From a virus (taxonomy: Duplodnaviria; Caudoviricetes), in the IMG/VR virus record IMGVR_UViG_3300032081_000715, positions 1 to 59,213 of that record: a stretch of DNA of 59,213 nucleotides, one strand, 5' to 3'. A program made the translations under genes and the position numbers. Of this stretch, positions 35,611-45,230 are shown piece after piece; within the stretch, counting starts at the first letter, position 1; the number at the start of each line of letters is the position of its first letter. The notes beneath the pieces were generated by a model. It saw only the letters and a program-made list of their open reading frames with translations. It had not been told where the DNA came from and did not search any database.

Positions 35611-36024
35611 ATGGGAACAAGAGCAACAATAAGCATCGCTAAGCGTGAAGAAGGAATATCGTTTAGCGAAAAACCAGATAAAAAACTAGTAAGTATATAT
35701 CATCATTATGATGGATATCCTGAGTATTTAGGTGTGACATTAGCTAATTATCTACAAGATAAAACAATAACTAATGGACTAAATAGGAAAGACACAAACT
35801 GTTTTAATGGTATTGCATGCATGGCAGCATCTATTATAGCAGAGCTAAAAGATGAGCCAGGTAATGTATATATAGAAGATCCTGATAGACCTCATTCTTG
35901 GATAGATTATGAGTATTATGTATGGGGTGATTACCATAAAGATATATGGATTAGTATATTTGATGGTGACGAATGTATATTTGTAGGTAAACCAGATAAA
36001 TTACAAAATAAATACGGAGAGTAA
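35611..36024 (+). CDS. Conserved phage hypothetical protein (MGTR...YxHxDGYP family)
   Basis: MGTRA...SIYHHYDGYPEYLG. Confidence 0.7.
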   Translation: MGTRATISIAKREEGISFSEKPDKKLVSIYHHYDGYPEYLGVTLANYLQDKTITNGLNRKDTNCFNGIACMAASIIAELKDEPGNVYIEDPDRPHSWIDYEYYVWGDYHKDIWISIFDGDECIFVGKPDKLQNKYGE

Positions 36025-36311
36025 TGGATAATATACATGAAGATAATTTAAAAAAACTAGCTAGATTTATTGCTGAAGAGTTGATAAATCTAGCACAAGA
36101 GACAAGTGGTGAAGATTGGACTGCCACTAACATAAAAGACCATCAAATAGGTGAGTTAGCACGCTGTGTCACCCTTCAAAATCTATACTTAGATCGCGAA
36201 GAATACGAAAAATGTGCTATAATGAAAATACGAATTATGGAGTTAAGTGATAAGCTAGGCTTACCAATTGACCCAAACTTAATGAATTTTGAAGATGAAG
36301 ATGAAATATAA
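36024..36311 (+). CDS. Hypothetical protein with UVR-like motif
   Basis: REEYEKCAIMK. Confidence 0.6.
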   Translation: MDNIHEDNLKKLARFIAEELINLAQETSGEDWTATNIKDHQIGELARCVTLQNLYLDREEYEKCAIMKIRIMELSDKLGLPIDPNLMNFEDEDEI

Positions 36312-37173
36312 ACCAATGTTAGCTTACCCAGTAAGTGACAAACCAATAGACTACAAGAGTGTAGTGTATATGCAACCAAAGCTTGACGGCGTACGTTGCT
36401 TAATACAATATGAAGGCAGTGAAGTTAATGGCTACGAAAGTGTCGTAGCATATTCACGTAACGATAAAGAGTGGCTTAATATCAACCACATATTAGTAGA
36501 GTTGATACCCTTTTTTCGTAATTTTCCAGATGTTGTACTTGACGGCGAGTTGTATAATCATGATTTTAAAGACGATTTTGAGTCTATAATATCTATGGTC
36601 AGAAAAACAAAACCGACTGACGAGGCACGTCTAGAATCAGCCAAACACGTACAATTTCATTGTTATGATTATGTACCAGGCGCAGCTTTACGTGAAGCTA
36701 AATACTCTAGTCGTATAACTTGGCTTAAAAAAGAATTACAACCTAGTAATTGTATTAAGCACGTTTTCACACAGCTAGTTAGTAGTGAGAAAGAAGCTAA
36801 ACAAGTTCACAAGACTAATTTAGCTAATGGTTACGAAGGTTCTATTGTAAGAATCAATGATGTGTACAAATGTGGTCGATCGTGGTCACTGCGCAAGTTC
36901 AAAGATTTTCACGACGCTGAAGCTAATATAGTTGGTTATGAGGAAGGTAAAGGCAAGAGAGCCGGTACGTTAGGTAAGTTTTTAATGCAAGATGATGAAG
37001 GCATCCAGTTCGGTTGCCCACCCGGTAAGGGCCATAACTATAAAGATCTTGCAATAATGCTAGAAAATATACATCAGTATATAGGCCAACGTGCCACCTT
37101 CACTTTTTTTGAAAGAACCAAAGCAGGTAGTTATAGACACCCGCTATTTAAATGTATAAGAAATTATGAATAA
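36301..37173 (+). CDS. lig: ATP-dependent DNA ligase (minimal)
   Basis: KPMLA, QPKLDGVR (KxDG), LDGELY, YEGSIVR, KFK and OB-fold RHP motifs. Confidence 0.92.
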   Translation: MKYKPMLAYPVSDKPIDYKSVVYMQPKLDGVRCLIQYEGSEVNGYESVVAYSRNDKEWLNINHILVELIPFFRNFPDVVLDGELYNHDFKDDFESIISMVRKTKPTDEARLESAKHVQFHCYDYVPGAALREAKYSSRITWLKKELQPSNCIKHVFTQLVSSEKEAKQVHKTNLANGYEGSIVRINDVYKCGRSWSLRKFKDFHDAEANIVGYEEGKGKRAGTLGKFLMQDDEGIQFGCPPGKGHNYKDLAIMLENIHQYIGQRATFTFFERTKAGSYRHPLFKCIRNYE

Positions 37174-37276
37174 AGATAAACCAGATTGTGATCACTGCGG
37201 TATAGAATTAACCGTAGGAGATCACCCTAGCTGTTGTAGTGACTGCTGGGAAGAAAACGCAAAATATTACGAATAA
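37166..37276 (+). CDS. Small zinc-finger peptide (36 aa)
   Basis: CDHC...CCSDC; coupled between ligase and glycosylase. Confidence 0.5.
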   Translation: MNKDKPDCDHCGIELTVGDHPSCCSDCWEENAKYYE

Positions 37277-37278
37277 TT

Positions 37279-37755
37279 ATGAACATATTTTACCTTGACA
37301 AATGCCCGATAAAGGCAGCCGAATACCAATATAATAAACATGTAGTAAAGATGATACTTGAGTCAGCTCAAATGTTATGCACCGCACATCATTGTGTTAT
37401 GGGTGAAGATGCTGATGTACCTTATAAAGTAGCACATAAAAACCACCCATCAACAATATGGGCTAGAAGTTCTGCTAATAATTATTTATGGTTATACCGA
37501 CATTTTACTTCGTTATCAAAAGAATATACTAAACGTTATGGTAAAGAACACTTGTCATACACTAAGTGTAAAGATAAAGTTAATATATTACCTGGCGGAT
37601 TAGCATGGTCAGGATTAACAGAAATGCCTCAGTGCATGCCTGATGAATATAAAGATGAGTGTAGTATACAAGCATATTGGAATTATTACATAGGTGAAAA
37701 ACATGTAGTAGCTCATGAATCAGAAACAATATATAAAACTAGACCAAATGGATAA
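37279..37755 (+). CDS. Pyrimidine-dimer DNA glycosylase/endonuclease V family protein
   Basis: MNIFYLD, KHVVKMILESAQML, H.NHP..W motifs. Confidence 0.8.
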   Translation: MNIFYLDKCPIKAAEYQYNKHVVKMILESAQMLCTAHHCVMGEDADVPYKVAHKNHPSTIWARSSANNYLWLYRHFTSLSKEYTKRYGKEHLSYTKCKDKVNILPGGLAWSGLTEMPQCMPDEYKDECSIQAYWNYYIGEKHVVAHESETIYKTRPNG

Positions 37756-37846
37756 AAGATTAAAACTAAAAATTGAAGAGTTTAATAAAATAAAGTATAA
37801 TAAAAATAATTCTAAAAGAATTATTATAGGGACATTGAAACCAAAC

Positions 37847-37894
37847 TGTGACAAAAGCCTTAAAAGGTCTAATCAGTAATAGGCTAATGTCATA
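37847..37894. promoter_or_regulatory. Inverted-repeat operator-like site B overlapping HTH gene start
   Basis: TGTGACAAAAGCCT-20nt-AGGCTAATGTCATA; ATG 37887 lies in the right arm. Confidence 0.65.
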
Positions 37895-38522
37895 TATAAG
37901 CATGGAAAGACAGTTTAAATACCTTACAAACAAACGCGTTATATGGAGAAGAGATCCTATAACAGATATACCTGACATAGAAACAAAAGAATATATGTTT
38001 TATGAAAACGGTACTTACCAGGCTTATGACTTATTTAGAAGTAAAGCTAAAATAACAACATACAGGAGTCTAAAGTGGCACATGCTTACACTTTGGTATT
38101 TAAATCCTGACTGGACAAAGCATGACGCTATGGATATAGCTACGTGGATTACTAATAAAGATAATGGTTTTACAACCTTTAGTATTAATAAATGGAACGT
38201 AGCTAGACTCATAGATGATTTAAGTGTATTAGATTTAGAAGTGCCACCAACAAATAAACTTAGAAAAATAATATTTAAGTTTAACTGTGGTCTTACTAAG
38301 AAAGAAAAACTAAGCATTGTAGGTAAATTAATAGGTAGAATGAGAGGCATAAGTAGCAGCGATATCTACGAAGCAATGTTACAAATTAATTACGAAGGTG
38401 ATAAGATAATAATATCAAAGCTTGCAAAAATGTTAAATGTAACACCAAGAACAATATATAGGCGTATGGATAAATACCCTGCATTAAAAGAAGAAAAACA
38501 AATATTAAATGAAGAAACTTAG
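37887..38522 (+). CDS. DNA-binding protein with C-terminal HTH
   Basis: ISKLAKMLNVTPRTIYRRM; start probably 37887 or 37902. Confidence 0.7.
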   Translation: MSYISMERQFKYLTNKRVIWRRDPITDIPDIETKEYMFYENGTYQAYDLFRSKAKITTYRSLKWHMLTLWYLNPDWTKHDAMDIATWITNKDNGFTTFSINKWNVARLIDDLSVLDLEVPPTNKLRKIIFKFNCGLTKKEKLSIVGKLIGRMRGISSSDIYEAMLQINYEGDKIIISKLAKMLNVTPRTIYRRMDKYPALKEEKQILNEET

Positions 38523-38958
38523 AATATATGTAGATATGGACGGGGTCATTGCTGACTTTGAAAAAGCTAAAAAGCTTTTACCAAAACATCAACAAGGTAG
38601 ACCAGACTTATATGTCGATTATCTACACTTAGATGTAATACCAGGTGCTGAAGAAGCGATGAGCTATTTGAACGAGCACCACGAGGTATTTATAGCTTCG
38701 ACTCCTCCATGGACTAGAATACAAGTATGGGCTGACAAGCGTGCGTGGCTTGAGCAATGGTTCCCAGACTTAAAACGTAAACTAATACTCACGCACAGAA
38801 AAGATTTATTAATCGGTGATGTCTTAATTGATGATAGTCAATACAGAGGTCAACCAGATTTTAAGGGTGAATGGTTCTGGTTTAATCAAAACTGGACTAA
38901 CAAGAACTGGAAAGCATGTTTAAAATTTATAAAAAAACTAGAAAATGAAGAAATATAA
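38509..38958 (+). CDS. 5'(3')-deoxyribonucleotidase (HAD, NT5C-like)
   Basis: YVDMDGVIADF, AST, K..WL, LIDD motifs. Confidence 0.85.
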   Translation: MKKLRIYVDMDGVIADFEKAKKLLPKHQQGRPDLYVDYLHLDVIPGAEEAMSYLNEHHEVFIASTPPWTRIQVWADKRAWLEQWFPDLKRKLILTHRKDLLIGDVLIDDSQYRGQPDFKGEWFWFNQNWTNKNWKACLKFIKKLENEEI

Positions 38959-39700
38959 CATACAAAACTACGTAAGATATAAGCACGACATGAGTGCTGT
39001 ATTATCAAGGTTGCCTGACGTTTCGTATAGTCAGTATACTAGAAATCAGTTAATTGAAAAATTTTTACCACTTGTGGAAAACTTAGCTAGAAAATTTTCA
39101 ACATCACAGCAAGCAATAGGCGTAATGACTATAAATGATTTAATTCAAGAAGGTTTTTATGGCTTATGTGCTGGCGCTGATAGGGTAAATTGGCTAACCA
39201 TACAAGACGCTAAAGATCAAGAAAAAACTTTAAAATCTTTTTTATCTAAAAGAATTAAAGGTGCTATACGTAGAGGTATTGATAGCAATAGAGGTAGCAT
39301 GCGTATACCTGAACATAAGTTAAATGAAATACGCAAAGACTTTGGCGAAGATAGAAAAGCTGTTGAGTTATTTTTTAATTCAGTATTTACAAGCCTTGAT
39401 GATGGAACACCAGAACAACGTAATGCAGCTTACAACATACCTGACATAAAGACTTACAATAAAGGTTGGCTGTCAGCTTACTTAAAAGCCTTGATGTTAC
39501 AATACTTAAATCCAAAAGAGTACCAAGTGTTAAGACTATCATATGGGCTTGATTGTGAAAAGCATTCAGCTAAAGAAATTGCAGACATATTAGGTATAAA
39601 AGGTAGTAGCTCTTATGTGCGTATATCGCAGTTAAAAAAGCTTGCTATTGATAAGTTAATCGAGAAAGTTCCACACTCGCAAGTGATTGACTATCTGTAA
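38945..39700 (+). CDS. Sigma70-family RNA polymerase sigma factor
   Basis: LVENLARKF, DLIQEGFYGL (region 2); MRIP; region 4 HTH AKEIADILG. Confidence 0.85.
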   Translation: MKKYNIQNYVRYKHDMSAVLSRLPDVSYSQYTRNQLIEKFLPLVENLARKFSTSQQAIGVMTINDLIQEGFYGLCAGADRVNWLTIQDAKDQEKTLKSFLSKRIKGAIRRGIDSNRGSMRIPEHKLNEIRKDFGEDRKAVELFFNSVFTSLDDGTPEQRNAAYNIPDIKTYNKGWLSAYLKALMLQYLNPKEYQVLRLSYGLDCEKHSAKEIADILGIKGSSSYVRISQLKKLAIDKLIEKVPHSQVIDYL

Positions 39701-39728
39701 GTTACTAATGTAAATTAATAAAAAAATA

Positions 39729-39737
39729 TGTAATTAT
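39729..39737 (+). promoter_or_regulatory. Putative sigma-dependent promoter motif TGTAATTAT
   Basis: Intergenic right after the sigma gene, heading the replication operon. Confidence 0.55.
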
Positions 39738-39761
39738 ATATATAGACCAAAACTATAAACC

Positions 39762-40316
39762 ATGAAAGATTTAAACCAAAAATTAGCAGTCATACAGACT
39801 GAACTAAAAGCAAAAAAGTCTTCTTATAATTCTTTTGGAAAATACTATTTCCGTAAAGCAGAAGACATACTCGAGGCAGTAAAGCCTTTTTTATTACGAG
39901 AGAAAGTATCAGTTAGAGTAGAAGAAGAATTAATTGATACAACTCACGTACCTGTAATTAAATCAACGGCCATCTTGTCTGATGGTGCAAATTCAATCAC
40001 AGCAACAGCAATAGTCGGTGTAGACCTTACACAAAAAGGTATGCAAACAGCACAACAATTTGGAGCGGCTTCATCTTATGGAAAGAAGTATGCATTAGGC
40101 AACTTATTTCTAATCGATGATACAGCAGATGCTGACTCTACTAATAGTGGAGGTACGGCTAGTAAAATTGTGAATAATGCTAAACTTAAAATGAGCGAAG
40201 ACCAATGGAAAAAAGCTATTGAGTTTGTAAAAGGAGGAGGGGCTATATCTGCCATCGAGTCTAAATATAACGTTACACCATCACAAATGGTAAAACTAAA
40301 ATCAATAAATGAATAA
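39762..40316 (+). CDS. erf: ERF-family single-strand annealing protein
   Basis: YNSFGKYYFRKAEDIL; QQFGAASSYGKKYAL..LF.I. Confidence 0.85.
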   Translation: MKDLNQKLAVIQTELKAKKSSYNSFGKYYFRKAEDILEAVKPFLLREKVSVRVEEELIDTTHVPVIKSTAILSDGANSITATAIVGVDLTQKGMQTAQQFGAASSYGKKYALGNLFLIDDTADADSTNSGGTASKIVNNAKLKMSEDQWKKAIEFVKGGGAISAIESKYNVTPSQMVKLKSINE

Positions 40317-41046
40317 AGAAATAATTAATAAATTAAAACAGGACGAACATTACTATGGAGAATATGGTAAGCAGTTCTTAAGTAATTCAGATATATCTAT
40401 ATTACTTAAAAATCCTAAAATGCTACGTGAACCAAAACCTAAAACATCAGCAATGGTTGTTGGAGGTTATTTTCACACGGCAATACTAGAACCTAATAAG
40501 CTTAAAAGTTTTAAGATTATAGAGTCTAGTACTAGGAATACTAAGAAATATAAAGAGATGTCTGATGGCGAGATATGTTTACTACAGCACGAGGCTGATA
40601 AAATACAGTTAATGACAGAAGCTATGATGGATAATAAAATATGCGGAAGCTTAATAATGGGTACAGATGGAAAGTTAAACGATTTTGAAGTACCAGGCGT
40701 TACTGAATTATTTGGTAACAAGTGGAAAGGTAAAGCAGATATTATTAATCATAATGAAAAACTTGTTATAGACCTTAAAACAACTAGTGATATAGACAGG
40801 TTTAGATGGTCTGCTTCTAAATTTAACTATGACAGTCAAGCTTATATTTATAGTAACCTATTTGGTTATGAAATGTTATTTATCGTAATAGATAAAGAAA
40901 CTCACCAAATAGGCTTGTTCGACTGTTCACCAGAGTTTTATAAATCTGGTGAAGAAAAAGTACGTAAAGCTTCTGATGCGTACGATCTGTTCTACAAGAC
41001 AGATGATTTTGACAGTAAGCAATATTTAATAACTAAAACCTTATAA
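40309..41046 (+). CDS. PD-(D/E)XK exonuclease (RecE/ExoVIII-like)
   Basis: LSNS, FHTAILEP, KGKADI...DLKTT, YDSQAYIY. Confidence 0.8.
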   Translation: MNKEIINKLKQDEHYYGEYGKQFLSNSDISILLKNPKMLREPKPKTSAMVVGGYFHTAILEPNKLKSFKIIESSTRNTKKYKEMSDGEICLLQHEADKIQLMTEAMMDNKICGSLIMGTDGKLNDFEVPGVTELFGNKWKGKADIINHNEKLVIDLKTTSDIDRFRWSASKFNYDSQAYIYSNLFGYEMLFIVIDKETHQIGLFDCSPEFYKSGEEKVRKASDAYDLFYKTDDFDSKQYLITKTL

Positions 41047-41049
41047 ACC

Positions 41050-41238
41050 ATGGGATACAAAATGAAGACCTGCGCAATATCAGGCAAAAAACACAGAGCA
41101 AATAATAAAAACTTTTATGTAAACAATAGCTCAAGCGACGGTTTACATCCATACTCTAAAGCTATGGATAACTATAGAAGAACGTTAGGCGTATCTGTAG
41201 GTAAAGTAAAACAATTAGTTAACTTAATAAATCAATAA
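41050..41238 (+). CDS. Hypothetical protein
   Basis: 62 aa in replication operon. Confidence 0.55.
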   Translation: MGYKMKTCAISGKKHRANNKNFYVNNSSSDGLHPYSKAMDNYRRTLGVSVGKVKQLVNLINQ

Positions 41239-41241
41239 ATT

Positions 41242-41556
41242 ATGGCAAGTATAATAAAAACTTCTATAAATCTTTCTGAAATACCGAAAGATAAAATATA
41301 TGTTGGTAAAAAAGGTAAGTATTTACCTATTACCATTACCCTTAATGACGACGTCGACCAGTTCGGTAATCAAGGACCGGTTGTTGTTGAACAGACTAAG
41401 GAAGAACGTGAGTCTAAACAAGCTAAAACTTATTTAGGTAACGTTAAAGTTATTTGGACTAATGGTCAAAATGTTGACAGAGCTCCAATGGATAGTAATC
41501 AGCCTACAGCACCAGCGTCACCAGCGCCTGTAGCTAAAGAAGATCTGCCATTTTAA
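41242..41556 (+). CDS. Putative single-stranded DNA-binding protein
   Basis: Beta-rich body, Pro/Ala linker, acidic EDLPF tail. Confidence 0.65.
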   Translation: MASIIKTSINLSEIPKDKIYVGKKGKYLPITITLNDDVDQFGNQGPVVVEQTKEERESKQAKTYLGNVKVIWTNGQNVDRAPMDSNQPTAPASPAPVAKEDLPF

Positions 41557-41557
41557 T

Positions 41558-43276
41558 ATGAAAGTAGAGAATACAGAGATCAATGGATTCGTGATTGATA
41601 AATTCAATCAACATGGTTTAGAAGTGGGTAAGACACAGGGGATTTGTCCCTTGTGCTCCCACACTAGACAACCTAAGAATAGAAAAGCACAATGTGCTTC
41701 TTATGACTGGGAACGTGGTCTCGGTACTTGTCATAACTGTGATACTAGTTTTCAATTACACACGTATCAACGTAAAGGTAATGCAACTAAAGAATACGTT
41801 AAACCTATACCGGTTGAAGTATTTGAACCAGTTAAAGACAAGGCAGTTGAATGGTTTGAGTCTCGAGGTATATCTCAACAAACGTTAAACGATTTAAAAG
41901 TTACAACGGGTGAAGAGTTCATGCCTCAGACAGGGCAGAAAGAAAACACTATACAATTTAATTATATTATGGGTGAAGAACTTATTAATGTAAAGTATAG
42001 AGATGGTAGAAAAAACTTTAAACTGTACAAAGGTGCTGAAAAAATATTCTACAATATTAATAGTATTGTAGGATATGACTGGTGCGTTATCACAGAAGGC
42101 GAAATGGATGCATTGGCATTACACGAAGCCGGTATTAAACCTGTGATATCAGTTCCTAACGGCGCCACGTTAAACAGTAATAACTTAGATTATTTAGATA
42201 ACTGTATAGATTATTTTGAAGACAAAGAAAAAATAATACTAGCAGTTGATGCTGACGAAGCTGGTCAAGCTTTAAGGTACGAATTTATTAGACGTCTTGG
42301 TGCTGAAGTTTGTTATTTAGTAGACTTCAACGGTAACAAAGACCCTAATGACTTTTTAATAGAACACGGAGCAGAAAAACTTAGAAAAGTTATAACATCT
42401 GCTACTCAAGTTCCATTAGAAGGAGTTTCAACTCTTAGAGACTTAGAGGCTGATTTATTAGACTTTGTACACAATGGCTTTAAACCTGGCTTTCAAGTTG
42501 GTTTAGAAAATTTTGATAAGATATTTTCTACGTATACCTCACAGTTTATAACTGTTACAGGTATACCATCATCAGGTAAGTCAGACTTTGTAGACCAAAT
42601 GTGTATAGGTTATAATAGAAACTACGGCTGGAAGACAGCATATGCATCACCAGAAAACAAACCTAACTTCTTACACGCTCACAAGCTAATACGTAAAACA
42701 TGGGAAGGTATGCCAACTAAAAATGATATTGGCACTGCTAAATGGAAAGAGATTACTAATCACATCAATGATAATTATTTCTTTATTGATATGGATAGAT
42801 ATACTCTTGACGACGTATTAAGTAAAGGCGCCGAGCTTGTTAAACGTAAAGGTATTAAATGTTTAGTCATTGATCCCTTTAATAAGATTAGAGATGTTAA
42901 CTGTAAGTCTGAAGATGTTAATCGTTATACTATGGAATATCTTACTAAAATAGAAACGTTTGCAAAGAAGTATGATGTACTCGTTATTGTTGTAGCACAT
43001 CCTACTAAAATGTATAGAAACCAAGACGGTAAGATTGAAGAGCCAACGATGTACAGCATCAAAGGTGGTGGTGAATGGTACGATGCTAGTTACCACGGCT
43101 TATTGGTTCACAGGGACTATGAAGCTCAGACAGTTAAAGCTAAAGTATTGAAAGTTAAATTTCAAAACTTAGGTGAAAACCAAGCTGAAGCTCATTTTAA
43201 CTGGGAACCTAAGTCTGGTAGTTACATACCAATAATATCAGAAACAGAATCAGAACCTTTGCCATGGGAGAGTTAG
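41558..43276 (+). CDS. Primase-helicase (Zn finger + TOPRIM + DnaB-like; T7 gp4/Twinkle type)
   Basis: CPLC...CHNC; ITEGEMD; DADEAG; GIPSSGKS; VIDP; VAHP. Confidence 0.92.
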   Translation: MKVENTEINGFVIDKFNQHGLEVGKTQGICPLCSHTRQPKNRKAQCASYDWERGLGTCHNCDTSFQLHTYQRKGNATKEYVKPIPVEVFEPVKDKAVEWFESRGISQQTLNDLKVTTGEEFMPQTGQKENTIQFNYIMGEELINVKYRDGRKNFKLYKGAEKIFYNINSIVGYDWCVITEGEMDALALHEAGIKPVISVPNGATLNSNNLDYLDNCIDYFEDKEKIILAVDADEAGQALRYEFIRRLGAEVCYLVDFNGNKDPNDFLIEHGAEKLRKVITSATQVPLEGVSTLRDLEADLLDFVHNGFKPGFQVGLENFDKIFSTYTSQFITVTGIPSSGKSDFVDQMCIGYNRNYGWKTAYASPENKPNFLHAHKLIRKTWEGMPTKNDIGTAKWKEITNHINDNYFFIDMDRYTLDDVLSKGAELVKRKGIKCLVIDPFNKIRDVNCKSEDVNRYTMEYLTKIETFAKKYDVLVIVVAHPTKMYRNQDGKIEEPTMYSIKGGGEWYDASYHGLLVHRDYEAQTVKAKVLKVKFQNLGENQAEAHFNWEPKSGSYIPIISETESEPLPWES

Positions 43277-43611
43277 ATAATGATAATACAAACTACCCTC
43301 ATCATACTAGGCAAGGTGGTGATTTGGTAAAGTGTTTTTGGTGTGAAGATAATGGTATAGATATATTACCAGAATATCATTACAATAATGGTAAACATGA
43401 ATGGAGAATAGGTATAACAATAAATAATAAATACAATAGAGATCCTAAAGTTTACGAAAAAAAAGATGTGATGGAACAAGTATATCAATACTCAAAGTAT
43501 TACTTCAATAAGTATTGTACTAACAAAGACGTAATGAAAGTAAAAGCAGAAAAAATAGAAAGAGCCTCAAAAACATGGAGAGGTTCAATTAATAAAGTAA
43601 GTTATGAATAG
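43264..43611 (+). CDS. Hypothetical protein
   Basis: 115 aa. Confidence 0.6.
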   Translation: MGELDNDNTNYPHHTRQGGDLVKCFWCEDNGIDILPEYHYNNGKHEWRIGITINNKYNRDPKVYEKKDVMEQVYQYSKYYFNKYCTNKDVMKVKAEKIERASKTWRGSINKVSYE

Positions 43612-44257
43612 ATTTAAAAACGCAGACAAAGCATTTAGTTATTATAAAAAACAAATACTAGATTATGGTGTTGACTTTGATAATACTAAAGCTTTATTTA
43701 ACATAGGTTTTACAATAGTAAACCCTATGGATAACTGGATTAAGTGCGATCAACGTAAATGGAAATATAATTACGCTGAAGCTGAATGGCAGTGGTATTT
43801 AACAGGTATGCCAAACATCAAAGTGTTAGGTGAAATTTATGGAAACATACCTGAGATATGGAAACGCATGGCTGATAAAGAAGGTTATGTTAATTCTAAC
43901 TACGGTTATCAATGGGAAAGAAATGATCAACTAGATAATGTTATAGCAATGCTTAAAGCTAATCCAAGAACACGCCAAGCTACGGTTAGTATATATGACG
44001 GTAAAGAAATAAGCAATGGAACATATCAATATGATACTCCATGTACATATGCTATACAGTTTACAATACTAAATGATAAGCTTAACATGTGTGTTACGAT
44101 GCGTTCTAACGATCTATGGTACGGTTTCTGCAATGACCAATATTGTTTTTCAAAACTACAATTAATGGTTGCTGATAAACTAGAAATAAGACTAGGTGAA
44201 TATTACCACTTTGCACATAACTTACATTTGTATAATAATATAATAGAAAAATTATGA
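43604..44257 (+). CDS. Thymidylate-synthase superfamily enzyme, dCMP hydroxymethylase/methylase-like
   Basis: NSNYG, DTPCT (catalytic Cys), MRSNDLWYGFCND, LHLY. Confidence 0.8.
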   Translation: MNRFKNADKAFSYYKKQILDYGVDFDNTKALFNIGFTIVNPMDNWIKCDQRKWKYNYAEAEWQWYLTGMPNIKVLGEIYGNIPEIWKRMADKEGYVNSNYGYQWERNDQLDNVIAMLKANPRTRQATVSIYDGKEISNGTYQYDTPCTYAIQFTILNDKLNMCVTMRSNDLWYGFCNDQYCFSKLQLMVADKLEIRLGEYYHFAHNLHLYNNIIEKL

Positions 44258-44427
44258 AAGAATTAATTATAATGTTCGCTATGTTATTTAGTCCACTAAA
44301 TATTAACGAACCAAAAACGTGTTACTGTGTAGATGGCGAAAAAACTTGGACTGCCTATTGCACACAGCAAAAGTGGTCATGCGAAAAATGTTGTGAATAC
44401 ACAAAACCTAAAGATAAAGATGAGTAA
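44254..44427 (+). CDS. Small Cys-rich protein with hydrophobic N-terminus (57 aa)
   Basis: Hand-translated; ATGA overlap upstream, overlaps ATG 44420 downstream; 6 Cys. Confidence 0.55.
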   Translation: MKELIIMFAMLFSPLNINEPKTCYCVDGEKTWTAYCTQQKWSCEKCCEYTKPKDKDE

Positions 44428-45229
44428 AGAATATATATTATACCATATACCTGGTAGAAAAATAGGTTGTACAACTGACTTATATAATAGAGTTACTGAG
44501 CAACAAGGTTATGAACCAGGTGAATATGAAATTTTAGAAAAGTCTAATGATATAGATTATATATCTAAACGAGAACTAGAACTTCAAAAAGAATACGGTT
44601 ATAGAGTTGATCGTGTTCCTTATAATAAACTTAATAATAATAATAATTTTAATTTAAAGACTATGAATATAAACGTAACAGAACAAACTACTACGTTTCC
44701 TTGTCCTATTAATAAATTGAAAGGTAATCTTATGGATAACCTTGAGATGAGTTGGGACACGGTTGAAGGTAGCGTTATGTTAGATAAAGATTTAGTTGAC
44801 TGGATAGTTGCTAACGCAAAGACGTCTATGTATAATGATAATAGATGTTATGTATACAACAAAGCATTAACTAAATTTTATGATAACAACAAATGTGCTG
44901 ATCTAGAAGACTGTTGTCAACATGAGGATCACATGCCTACTATATTTGACTTAATTAGAGAGTGGGCTGAACACAGAGGCATATATGACAAAGGCGATCA
45001 GAAAACTCAGTACGTTAAGCTAATGGAAGAAGCTGGCGAGGTTGGTAGAGCTATATTAAAAGATGATACGTTAGAAATACAAGACGGTATTGGTGATATG
45101 GTTGTCGTATTAACTAACCTAGCTGAATTAAGCGGTTTAACAATTGAAGAGTGTATTGAATCAGCTTATGATACTATAGCCAAACGTAAAGGTAAAATGA
45201 TTAATGGAACATTTGTAAAAAATAATTAA
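44420..45229 (+). CDS. GIY-YIG-like domain fused to MazG-like nucleotide pyrophosphohydrolase
   Basis: YILYHIPGRKIGCT..L..R; C-terminal KLMEEAGEV...DGIGD; start reassigned to 44420. Confidence 0.7.
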   Translation: MSKEYILYHIPGRKIGCTTDLYNRVTEQQGYEPGEYEILEKSNDIDYISKRELELQKEYGYRVDRVPYNKLNNNNNFNLKTMNINVTEQTTTFPCPINKLKGNLMDNLEMSWDTVEGSVMLDKDLVDWIVANAKTSMYNDNRCYVYNKALTKFYDNNKCADLEDCCQHEDHMPTIFDLIREWAEHRGIYDKGDQKTQYVKLMEEAGEVGRAILKDDTLEIQDGIGDMVVVLTNLAELSGLTIEECIESAYDTIAKRKGKMINGTFVKNN

Positions 45230-45230
45230 T

